Assembly: GCA_963704755.1 (NCBI GenBank)
Contig: OY969938.1
Location: forward strand, 1,890,001-1,922,000
Direction of reading: 5' to 3'
Source: an uncultured Chloroflexia bacterium
GTDB lineage: Bacteria; Chloroflexota; Anaerolineae; Anaerolineales; Anaerolineaceae
DNA length: 32,000 bases
In this document: piece after piece, positions 15,075 through 22,343 of the stretch
How positions within the stretch are numbered: position 1 is the first letter of the stretch
Layout of the letters: the number at the start of each line of letters is the position of its first letter
Made by a program: the position numbers and the translations under genes
The notes under the pieces: generated by a model
What the model was told of the DNA's origin: nothing
The model's database searches: none
What the model saw: only the letters and a program-made list of their open reading frames with translations

Positions 15075-16294
15075 ATCCCTTGGATCCGTGTTCCGGCAAC
15101 CTTTTTCACAACCTGCTGCTCTTTGGGCGTATGCTGCGCGGGCTGGGCATGGACGTGGATCCCGGCCGGATGATCGAGTTGGTCCAGGCCCTGGAACTCA
15201 TCGATATTCGCAAGCGCAGTGACTTTTACCATACCCTGCGCTGCCTGCTGGTCCACCGCCGGGATGAAATTCCTATTTTCGACCTGGCTTTCGAACTCTT
15301 CTGGCGCAAGCCGGAAGGCCAACCCGCGGGAATGGCGGTGACTGCCCAGGGCAGCCTGCAGCGCTCGCGCAAGCCGGTGATCTTGCCGCCGCCCCTGCAC
15401 CCGCCCGAAGGAAAACCGCCCGCGCCTGGGCAAAGCCCACCGCCGCGCCCGGACGAGCCGCCGCTCGTGCAGGCCACCCAGACCTACAGCGATCGCGAAG
15501 CCCTGCGGAGTAAGAATTTCGCCGACCTGAGCCCCGAAGAGGTCGATTCCATCCGCCAGCTGATCGCCAACCTGGATTGGGACCTCGACCAACACCGCTC
15601 ACACCGTTTCCAGCCCGGCCAAAGCGCCCGCGCCGACCTGCGCCGTACCTGGCGCAGCAGCCTGCGCTACGGCGGCGAGATACTGGAATGGTCGTACAAG
15701 CAGGCCAAGTGCAGGCCGCGCCCGCTGGTCATCCTGGCCGATATTTCCGGCTCGATGGAGCGCTATTCGCGCCTGCTGCTCCATTTTGCTTACGGCATGC
15801 GCCAGGGCATGCGCCGCGACCGCGAGGTGTTCGTCTTCAGCACCCGCCTGACCCGCATCACCCGTCCCCTCAGCCAGAAAAACGTGGAACAGGCCCTGCG
15901 CCAGGTTTCCAACACCGTGCCGGACTGGTCCGGCGGCACCCGCATCGGCGAGGCGATCAAGGACTTCAATTTTGGCTGGGGCAAACGCGTGCTGGGTCAC
16001 GGGGCCGTGGTGCTGCTGATCAGCGACGGCTGGGATTGCGGCGACCCCAACCTGCTGCGCCAGGAGATCGCCCGCTTGCAGCGTTCTTGCTCGCGCCTGA
16101 TCTGGCTGAACCCCCTGCTGGGCACCCCTGGCTACGAGCCGCTCACCCGCGGCATGCTGACTGCCCTGCCTTACGTGGACGATTTTCTGCCGGTCCACAA
16201 CCTGGCCAGCCTGGAAGACCTGGCCGGCCACCTGCGCCATCTGGACGAGAGGCATTCAAGAAAACAGAGAGTAACGGCCCAACCCAATAGATAA
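15071..16294 (+). CDS. coxE: CoxE, von Willebrand factor A (VWA) domain protein
   Basis: 407 aa. The GTG start overlaps the coxD stop (GTGA). The MIDAS-like motif is LVILADISGSMERYS. A Pro-rich linker follows, and the C-terminus reads LIWLNPLLG. Confidence 0.85.
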   Translation: MNPLDPCSGNLFHNLLLFGRMLRGLGMDVDPGRMIELVQALELIDIRKRSDFYHTLRCLLVHRRDEIPIFDLAFELFWRKPEGQPAGMAVTAQGSLQRSRKPVILPPPLHPPEGKPPAPGQSPPPRPDEPPLVQATQTYSDREALRSKNFADLSPEEVDSIRQLIANLDWDLDQHRSHRFQPGQSARADLRRTWRSSLRYGGEILEWSYKQAKCRPRPLVILADISGSMERYSRLLLHFAYGMRQGMRRDREVFVFSTRLTRITRPLSQKNVEQALRQVSNTVPDWSGGTRIGEAIKDFNFGWGKRVLGHGAVVLLISDGWDCGDPNLLRQEIARLQRSCSRLIWLNPLLGTPGYEPLTRGMLTALPYVDDFLPVHNLASLEDLAGHLRHLDERHSRKQRVTAQPNR

Positions 16295-16330
16295 AAAAAA
16301 AGTCTACTCGGCTAACGCAGAAGAACAGGA

Positions 16331-16377
16331 TGTTTTTATTATTTTTGCATGCTTCGCATGCAAAAATAATAAAAACA
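16331..16377. terminator. Perfect 22-bp AT-rich hairpin H3 (TTC apex), 37 nt after the coxE stop
   Basis: TGTTTTTATTATTTTTGCATGC-TTC-GCATGCAAAAATAATAAAAACA. Confidence 0.6.
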
Positions 16378-16421
16378 CTCTCCCCTTCTGAACCTGCTTG
16401 AGCAGTTACAAAAAAAACAAC

Positions 16422-16462
16422 TTTGAGGTGTTTGCGGTTGAAAACACCGTAAACACCTCAAA
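16422..16462. repeat. 17-bp hairpin H4 (one G-T pair), loop TGAAAAC
   Basis: TTTGAGGTGTTTGCGGT ... ACCGTAAACACCTCAAA. It shares the TTTGAGGTGTT word with H1. Confidence 0.85.
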
Positions 16463-16519
16463 TTCAGGAACTCCTGGGATATGATTGAATAGTCACAACA
16501 AAGAATTGAGATTGGATAA

Positions 16520-17563
16520 ATGAGAGACATTCTTCCTGAACTCGAAAATTGGGTATCATCCGGCCAGAGTGTTGCCCTGGCCACCGTGGTCCGCACCTGG
16601 GGATCCTCTCCCCGGCGGGTAGGCGCCAAAATGGCCCTGACTGCCGATGGCAAAATCACCGGTTCGGTCAGCGGAGGCTGTGTGGAGGGCGCCGTCTTCG
16701 AATCCGGGGTCGAAGTGCTGGATAAGCGCCAGCCCAAATTCCTCCATTTCGGTGTGGCCGACGAGACCGCCTGGGAAATCGGGCTGGCTTGCGGCGGGAA
16801 GATCGATGTGTTCGTCCAGCCCCTCGAACCGAAATGGTTCAACCAACTGAACCAACAGCTCGATACCGGCGATGCCTTCGCCGTGGCGACCGTCGTGCGC
16901 GGGCCGGAAAGCCTGTTGGGCTGCCAGATGATCGTCTCCGGTGACCAGGTGCTGGCCGGAGGCGTGCGCGCCGACCTGGACAAGGCCATCACCGCCCGGG
17001 CCGGCCAGGCCCTCGCGGATGCCCAATCGCAGGTGATCAGCCTGCCGGCCGGGCCGGAGGAATTGCTCGAGGTTTTCGTCGAGGTGGTCCAGCCGCAGCC
17101 AACGCTGATTGTGGTCGGCGGAGTACACACCGCCATTGTCCTGACTGAGATCGCCCATAGTATGGGCTTCCGCACCATCCTGATCGACCCCCGCCGGGCT
17201 TTCGGCAACCCCGAACGCTTCCCCCACATCGACCGGCTGATCCAGGCCTGGCCGCAAGATGCCTTCGCTCAACTGCGTATCAACTCGCGCACGGCGATTG
17301 CCATGCTCACTCATGACCCCAAGATCGACGACCCGGCCTTGCAGGTCGCCCTGGCCAGTCCCGCCTTTTACATTGGCGCCCTGGGCAGCCAGTCCACCCA
17401 GGAAAAACGGCGCCAGCGCCTGATAGAAGCCGGCTTTACAGAAGCACAACTAGACCGCCTGCACGGCCCGATCGGCCTGGAGTTAGGCGCCGATACGCCA
17501 GAAGAAATTGCCTTGAGCATCATGGCCGAAATCGTGGCCGTGCAGCGAGGTGTAGTCAAATAA
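16520..17563 (+). CDS. Second XdhC/CoxI-family maturation protein (no metal-binding tail)
   Basis: 347 aa. The XdhC N-domain reads SVALATVVRTWGSSPRRVGAKMALTADGKITGSVSGGCVE. It is followed by LIVVGGVHTAIVL..., IGALGSQSTQEKR and HGPIGLELGA. Confidence 0.85.
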   Translation: MRDILPELENWVSSGQSVALATVVRTWGSSPRRVGAKMALTADGKITGSVSGGCVEGAVFESGVEVLDKRQPKFLHFGVADETAWEIGLACGGKIDVFVQPLEPKWFNQLNQQLDTGDAFAVATVVRGPESLLGCQMIVSGDQVLAGGVRADLDKAITARAGQALADAQSQVISLPAGPEELLEVFVEVVQPQPTLIVVGGVHTAIVLTEIAHSMGFRTILIDPRRAFGNPERFPHIDRLIQAWPQDAFAQLRINSRTAIAMLTHDPKIDDPALQVALASPAFYIGALGSQSTQEKRRQRLIEAGFTEAQLDRLHGPIGLELGADTPEEIALSIMAEIVAVQRGVVK

Positions 17564-17568
17564 GACTT

Positions 17569-17623
17569 CCCGGATTTAAAACATTTGCGCGGGCTTCGCC
17601 CGCGCAAATGTTTTAAATCCGGG
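17569..17623. terminator. Perfect 26-bp hairpin H5 (TTC apex) between convergent xdhC and pruA; probable bidirectional terminator
   Basis: CCCGGATTTAAAACATTTGCGCGGGC-TTC-GCCCGCGCAAATGTTTTAAATCCGGG, followed by TCTTTTA. Confidence 0.65.
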
Positions 17624-17646
17624 TCTTTTACCCGACCGGCCGGGCC

Positions 17647-19233
17647 TCAGGCCCGGCGGATGAGGGTGTGGATCTGTTCGTGCATATACAGTTGCAGGTA
17701 ATACAGGCCGCCGGCGTTTTTACCGCTCGAGCCCGAGCCTTTCCAGCCGCCGAACGGTTGGAAACCAGGCCAGGCGCCCGTGGTAGCGCCCTGCGGACGG
17801 TTGGCGTAGGTCACGCCGGCCTGGATATGGTCGAAGAACCAATCGGTCTCTTCCGGGGCGCCGTAAAAGCCGGCCGTCAGCCCATAACTGACCTCGTTTG
17901 CGCGCTGCATGGCCTCGTCCAGCGATGCGACCTGGGCGATGGTGGTGATCGGCACGAACATTTCGTGCTTCCACAGCGGGTTATCCGCCGGAAGGTCGGT
18001 CACCACAGTCGGTGAGCAGAAATAGCCCTTGGCGAATTCACCTTCGCTGAGGATCTTGCCGCCGGTGCGGATCGTGCCGGCCTGGTCCAGCTCTTCGCAG
18101 AACTGCTGGTAATCGCGGAAAGAATTCTTGTTGATGACCGGGCCCAGCCAGTTCTTGCGCTCGGTTGGGTCGCCAATGGCCAGGTCATTGGTCATAGCCA
18201 CCACCTGGTCCACCAGTTTTTCATAAACCGGCGCTTCGACGAAAACGCGCGAGCAGGCCGAGCATTTCTGGCCTTGCAAGCCAAAGGCCGAGCGGACGAT
18301 GCCGGTGGCGGCGTCTTCCAGGTTGGCGTTGCGGCTGACGATGGCCGGGTTCTTGCCGCCCAATTCCAGGATGGTGGGGCGCACCCACTGCCGGTTGGCA
18401 AAATCGCGGTAGATGCCCATGCCGACATCATATGAGCCGGTGAAGGTCAGGCCATCCACCTCGGGGCTGTCGATCAGCGCCTGGCCGATGCTGCTGCCGG
18501 GACCGGAGACGAAGTTGCAGACCCCGTCCGGTAGGCCGGCATCGCGCAGGCACTCGGCGATCAGCCGGGCCGTCCAGGTGGTATCGCTGGCGGGTTTGAT
18601 CACTACGGTATTGCCGGCCACCAAGGCGGCGCCGGCCGGGCCGCCGGTCAGCGCGGCCGGGAAATTGAAGGGACTGATGACCACCCACACCCCGTAGGGG
18701 CGCATCACCGAAACATTGCGGGCATCGAAACCCACCAGGGGATCCTTGCCCAATTCGGCCACAAACCCGCCGGCGGCTTCCATGCGGTCACAAGCGTAGC
18801 GGAACAGGTCGGCCGTCTCGGCCACGTCGCCCAGCGCCTCGGTGCGGTTCTTACCCACTTCCAGGGCCATCACGGCGCCCATGCTGAAGATCCGCTCGGT
18901 CATCAGGTCGGCCGCCTTGCGGATCAGGGCGATCCGCTCCTGCCAGGGTGTGTGACTCCAGGCCGGGAAGGCCTTGCGGGCGGCTGTTAACGCTTTTTCT
19001 GCATAACTGGCATCACCTTTTTGAAAGACGGCCAAAACTTCATCCAGGTTGGCCGGGTTACGGTCCTCAAATTTTTCTCCGGCGAAAACCTCTTTTCCGT
19101 CGATGATCATGCCGTATTCTTTGCCTAAATTCGCCCGTATTTTCGCGAGCGCGCTCTCGAAGCCGGTATGGAATTCTTCTGGTGGGTTAAACATCGTCGC
19201 ATAAGTAAGCTTAAACGAGCTATCGGCAGCCAT
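17647..19233 (-). CDS. pruA: L-glutamate gamma-semialdehyde (1-pyrroline-5-carboxylate) dehydrogenase
   Basis: 528 aa from the ATG at 19231-19233, which is preceded by AAGGAGG ~10 nt upstream. Motifs are ILELGGKNP, FGLQGQKCSACSR and the family C-terminus GGWKGSGSSGKNAGGLYYL. Confidence 0.85.
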   Translation of the reverse strand: MAADSSFKLTYATMFNPPEEFHTGFESALAKIRANLGKEYGMIIDGKEVFAGEKFEDRNPANLDEVLAVFQKGDASYAEKALTAARKAFPAWSHTPWQERIALIRKAADLMTERIFSMGAVMALEVGKNRTEALGDVAETADLFRYACDRMEAAGGFVAELGKDPLVGFDARNVSVMRPYGVWVVISPFNFPAALTGGPAGAALVAGNTVVIKPASDTTWTARLIAECLRDAGLPDGVCNFVSGPGSSIGQALIDSPEVDGLTFTGSYDVGMGIYRDFANRQWVRPTILELGGKNPAIVSRNANLEDAATGIVRSAFGLQGQKCSACSRVFVEAPVYEKLVDQVVAMTNDLAIGDPTERKNWLGPVINKNSFRDYQQFCEELDQAGTIRTGGKILSEGEFAKGYFCSPTVVTDLPADNPLWKHEMFVPITTIAQVASLDEAMQRANEVSYGLTAGFYGAPEETDWFFDHIQAGVTYANRPQGATTGAWPGFQPFGGWKGSGSSGKNAGGLYYLQLYMHEQIHTLIRRA

Positions 19234-19308
19234 ACAGAATGTTCCCTCCTTAGGAAAACATGAGAAGAAGTCAGGCAAGCGGCCGGTTACGCCGGCCGTG
19301 ATAGGTTA

Positions 19309-19337
19309 AGTATAGCCCGGAAAAAATGGGGAGTCAA
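19309..19337 (-). promoter_or_regulatory. Candidate sigma70 promoter of pruA
   Basis: The minus strand reads TTGACT (19332-19337), a 17-nt spacer, then TATACT (19309-19314). Confidence 0.5.
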
Positions 19338-19348
19338 AAAGACTCACA

Positions 19349-19371
19349 CCTTGATCCAACAAGAATCAAGG
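19349..19371. promoter_or_regulatory. 7-9-7 inverted repeat just upstream of the pruA -35 (possible regulator site)
   Basis: CCTTGAT-ccaacaaga-ATCAAGG, centred ~58 nt upstream of the predicted transcription start. Confidence 0.3.
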
Positions 19372-19411
19372 TTATTACTACTCAGACCCAGGTCAAGGAG
19401 TTCCCGAATTC

Positions 19412-19448
19412 GATGTGTTTGCGGGGGCGAAGCCCGCGCAAACACATC
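19412..19448. terminator. 17-bp hairpin H6 (GAA/TTC apex, one mismatch) downstream of the secreted-protein gene
   Basis: GATGTGTTTGCGGGGGC-GAA-GCCCGCGCAAACACATC. Confidence 0.55.
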
Positions 19449-19494
19449 AATTTTGGGTTTCTTACCTTTCGGGCCGAAAAGTTAAAGGTCAGGT

Positions 19495-20218
19495 CTATTT
19501 GACGACCGTGTATTGGATCTGGAAAGTGCATACCGGGATGCTGCCCCGCACCAGCTCCCAGGTGGCCTTGTAGGTACCGGCATTGTTGAAGGCCAGCATA
19601 TCCACGGTAAAAGTGTAGGATTTCACCGGCGCTGACGTCGTTCCCCATATCGATAGCATCGGCGTACTTCTGGAACTTATCCCCGCTGACGTACTTCAAG
19701 TCGAAGCTGTCGGAGGTCCACTTATCGGTGCCGGTATTCTTCAGCCGCAGCTTGAGGTCGAAATCATCTCCATGAGTTAATTGCGAGCCGAAAGCCGGGT
19801 CCATACTGTCCACCGCGCAGTCGTACTTGGTTGGGGTGGGCGTCAACGTCTCGGTCGCCACCACAACCGGGGTGAAAGAGGGAATGGGGGTGAAGCTGGG
19901 CAGCGGCGTCCGCGAAGGCAAGGTAAAGGAGTTCGTGGACGTCGGCGTGGTCGTTGCTGTAACCGAGACTTCCTGCACGGGCAGCGACGTGGCCGAAGCT
20001 ACCGGGACGAACGGCTCGGTCGGGATCGCTTTTTGGGTCTGGGTAAACTGGGCGTGAATGGTCGCCAGGGCCTGGGTGGCTGCCGCGTTCAACGTTGCCT
20101 GAAAAGAAGCAGGGTCCAGGGTGGCCTGCGGCGTATTGGCCGTGGTCAGGCTGCAAGCCATCGAGACCAGCAGAACGACCGCCAAACCAATCAGCAGGGG
20201 AGTTTTCGGGGTGCGCAT
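19495..20218 (-). pseudogene. Secreted or lipoprotein-like protein with Thr/Pro-rich linker and C-terminal beta-sandwich-like domain; reading frame broken by a 1-nt indel near 19621-19650
   Basis: The N-terminus MRTPKTPLLIGLAVVLLVSMACS looks like a signal peptide with Cys. The track ORF (19382-20218) reads on through hairpin H6. The +1 frame instead gives ...SYTFTVDMLAFNNAGTYKATWELVRGSIPVCTFQIQYTVVK*, with its stop at 19495-19497. Confidence 0.6.
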
Positions 20219-20445
20219 ATTCTTTCCTCCTCACCGTGAATTATATAAGATTATTGCTCAAAAGACCCGCATGCGACAGGGGCAAAGGTCGCGCAGTTAT
20301 GATTATTTATTATCATACCGAATCCACGGGGTGCGGACAAGTGAGCAATTTTGTAAGTTCTCTGGGGTGTTAGCTCGGATTGCAAACCCGAGGGCCGCCT
20401 CTAGCAATCATTATTACGGGCTGATTTTGCAGCGCCTGCTTTACC

Positions 20446-20636
20446 GTCGTTGCGAGTGGCTTGTGCGACCCCGCACCTGTGGCCCTGGCAGGTGAGCAAT
20501 CTCCCTGCCGGCTTAGTTTCCTATTGGTAAATTTTGAGATTACCTTGTCAATGGATCGGCCCGGTCTCCAGAGCGAGGCCGCTCTTCTACATTTGCCAGA
20601 GATTGCTTCGCCGGTAAAAACGCGTCTCGCAACGAC
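20446..20636. repeat. Two inverted copies of a GTCGTTGCGAG...AGCAATCTC element
   Basis: GTCGTTGCGAG (20446-20456) pairs with CTCGCAACGAC (20626-20636). AGCAATCTC (20495-20503) pairs with GAGATTGCT (20599-20607). Confidence 0.75.
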
Positions 20637-20746
20637 ATTAAGGTAATCCGCTATCCCGCGAATACCTTTCGACCGATTCCCTTAAATCGGTTATGATCGA
20701 ATTGAACAAAAAATAAGAGGAACCGCTCAACCCAACTGCTAAGAAT

Positions 20747-20790
20747 CCCGAAGCTGAGGCGTTTGCCAGGGCAAACACCTCAGCTTCGGG
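20747..20790. repeat. ~21-bp hairpin H7 (one mismatch)
   Basis: CCCGAAGCTGAGGCGTTTGCC-ag-GGCAAACACCTCAGCTTCGGG. Confidence 0.85.
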
Positions 20791-20829
20791 GACTTCTTGC
20801 ATACATTAAATTATAAAGGGGAATCACCT

Positions 20830-21582
20830 ATGCCTGCCAAAACCAGCCTGCATATCGAAAAACTGGCCCAACTACCCGATTGGGTGGACGATTTAAAGGA
20901 AAACTCCGGGCTGCCCGGTCCGCGGGGCAACCTGGAACTGGCCGACGCGGTTTTTCAACTGGGCGACCAGGCCCGCTTCGAATCCTTGCTGGCGCTGGAC
21001 GGCCCAGACGTGGCCGAAAACACCCCCGAGAATTACCTGGTCTTTTGCGGGCTGGTCGGGCTGGGCAAACTGCTCGCCCAGGGTGACCGGGCCCGGCTGG
21101 AGACCCTGCGCCATTACGCCAACGACCTACGCTGGCGCATCCGCGAGGGCTGTGCGATTGCCCTGCAGAAATACGGCGCGGTCGATATGCCCGGGCTATT
21201 GTCGGCCATCCGTAGTTGGGCAGATGGAACCCGCCTGGAGCAGCGCGCGGTGACCGCAGCGTTATGCGAGCCGGCCCTGCTGCGCGACCCGGCCAATACC
21301 CGCGTGGTCCTCGAGCTGCTGGACCGGATCACATCCAGTTGTGTGGCGGCCGGCGACGCCAAAACCGACGAGTTCCGCAGCCTGCGCCAGACCCTGGGCT
21401 ACAGCTGGTCGGTGGCCGCCGCGGCCGGCTTTGGCGATGCCCGCCCGCTGCTGGAGCGCTGGTTCTCCAGCCCCGACCCGGACGTGCGCTGGATCATGCG
21501 CGAAAATCTGAAGAAAAACCGCCTGGTCAAGAAGGATCCGGAGTGGGTGGAGGGATGGGCCAGGAAACTGGCAGGGAAATGA
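20830..21582 (+). CDS. HEAT/ARM-repeat protein (DNA-alkylation-repair-like fold suspected; function uncertain)
   Basis: 250 aa from the ATG at 20830, with an AAAGGGG Shine-Dalgarno-like site 9 nt upstream. It has repeated D..VR..A...L helices, for example NDLRWRIREGCAIALQKYG and PDPDVRWIMRENLKKN. Confidence 0.55.
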   Translation: MPAKTSLHIEKLAQLPDWVDDLKENSGLPGPRGNLELADAVFQLGDQARFESLLALDGPDVAENTPENYLVFCGLVGLGKLLAQGDRARLETLRHYANDLRWRIREGCAIALQKYGAVDMPGLLSAIRSWADGTRLEQRAVTAALCEPALLRDPANTRVVLELLDRITSSCVAAGDAKTDEFRSLRQTLGYSWSVAAAAGFGDARPLLERWFSSPDPDVRWIMRENLKKNRLVKKDPEWVEGWARKLAGK

Positions 21583-21619
21583 GAGTTTTGTGCCTGGTAA
21601 GGGGGGTGTCAGGTGTCAG

Positions 21620-22210
21620 AAATGTAGGGTGGGTGCAGGGCTCATAAACGGCACTGGCCACCAACACAACGGCAAGACCTACAAAACCTTGCCCGTAACC
21701 CACCATCCCCGTTGGCTGGCGCCTCGCCCTCATCCCCCGGCCCCTTCCCCCAGGGCGGGGGAAGGGGAGCTTTGCTGCCGGAAGGCTGCTTTTAGCCAGA
21801 TTTCTCCCCTAAAATCCATACAGGAGAAATGTGGGGGGGGGCGCAGGGCTCATTTATAACGCCGGCGAAGTGCAAGCCGGCACTACCTACAAAACCTTGC
21901 CCGTTACCCACCATCCCCGTTGGCCGACGCCTCGCCCTCATCCCCCGGCCCCTTCCCCCAGAGCGGGGGAAGGGGAGCTTTGCTGCCGGAAGGCCGCTTT
22001 TAGCCAGATTTCTCCCCTAAAATCCATACAGGAGAAATGTGGGGGGCGCAGGGCTCATTTATAACGCCGGCGAAGTGCAAGCCGGCACTACCTACGAAAC
22101 CCTGCCCGTAACCCACCATCCCGTTGGCCGGCGCCTCGCCCTCATCCCCCGGCCCCTTCCCCCAGAGCGGGGGAAGGGGAGCTTTGCTGTCCAGCGGGCT
22201 TTTCAGCCTC
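21620..22210 (+). repeat. Tandem repeat, about 2.8 copies of a ~207-bp unit
   Basis: Units start with AAATGT at 21620, 21827 and 22035. Copies 2 and 3 are nearly identical, while copy 1 diverges in its first ~60 bp. Each unit carries CGCCCTCATCCCCCGGCCCCTTCCCCC-agrgc-GGGGGAAGGGGAGC and TTTCTCC-N15-GGAGAAA. Confidence 0.9.
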
Positions 22211-22328
22211 CGCTGGCCTGGCGTTGGTAAAAACCAACTTTCCCCCATTCCCTCGTTGCCTTGTTGCCTTGTTGCCTCGTCGCCTTCTTGACTACTCACT
22301 ATTCTCTTCTTCTCCTCCTCCCCCCGAA

Positions 22329-22337
22329 TGTTATAAT
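22329..22337 (+). promoter_or_regulatory. Extended -10 promoter element (TGtTATAAT) 6 nt upstream of the ATG of the C39-like gene; implies a leaderless mRNA
   Basis: TG is at 22329-22330, TATAAT at 22332-22337 and the ATG at 22344. There is no Shine-Dalgarno sequence in the 6 intervening nt (TTCCTC). Confidence 0.4.
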
Positions 22338-22343
22338 TTCCTC

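Noticed and set aside
17594-17598. Reading the hairpin apices as canonical ultra-stable cUUCGg tetraloops
   Set aside because: The palindrome is odd-centred: GC-TTC-GC. The closing C-G pair leaves a 3-nt TTC loop (or a 5-nt CTTCG loop), not C(UUCG)G, so tetraloop stability arguments do not apply directly.
20265-20345. ACAGGGGCAAAGG...GGACAAGTGAGC, which faintly resembles a c-di-GMP-I (GEMM) riboswitch core
   Set aside because: Only short word matches are present. I could not build the two-hairpin tetraloop-receptor architecture. The nearest plus-strand gene is ~500 nt away. An Infernal scan would be needed before any claim.
20368-20392. tRNA-anticodon-arm-like stem-loop (GCTCGG-attgcaaac-CCGAGG), and GGGCTGATTTTGCAG at ~20418 resembling a tmRNA 5' end
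   Set aside because: No acceptor, D or T arms can be formed around it, and the tmRNA resemblance is limited to ~10 nt.
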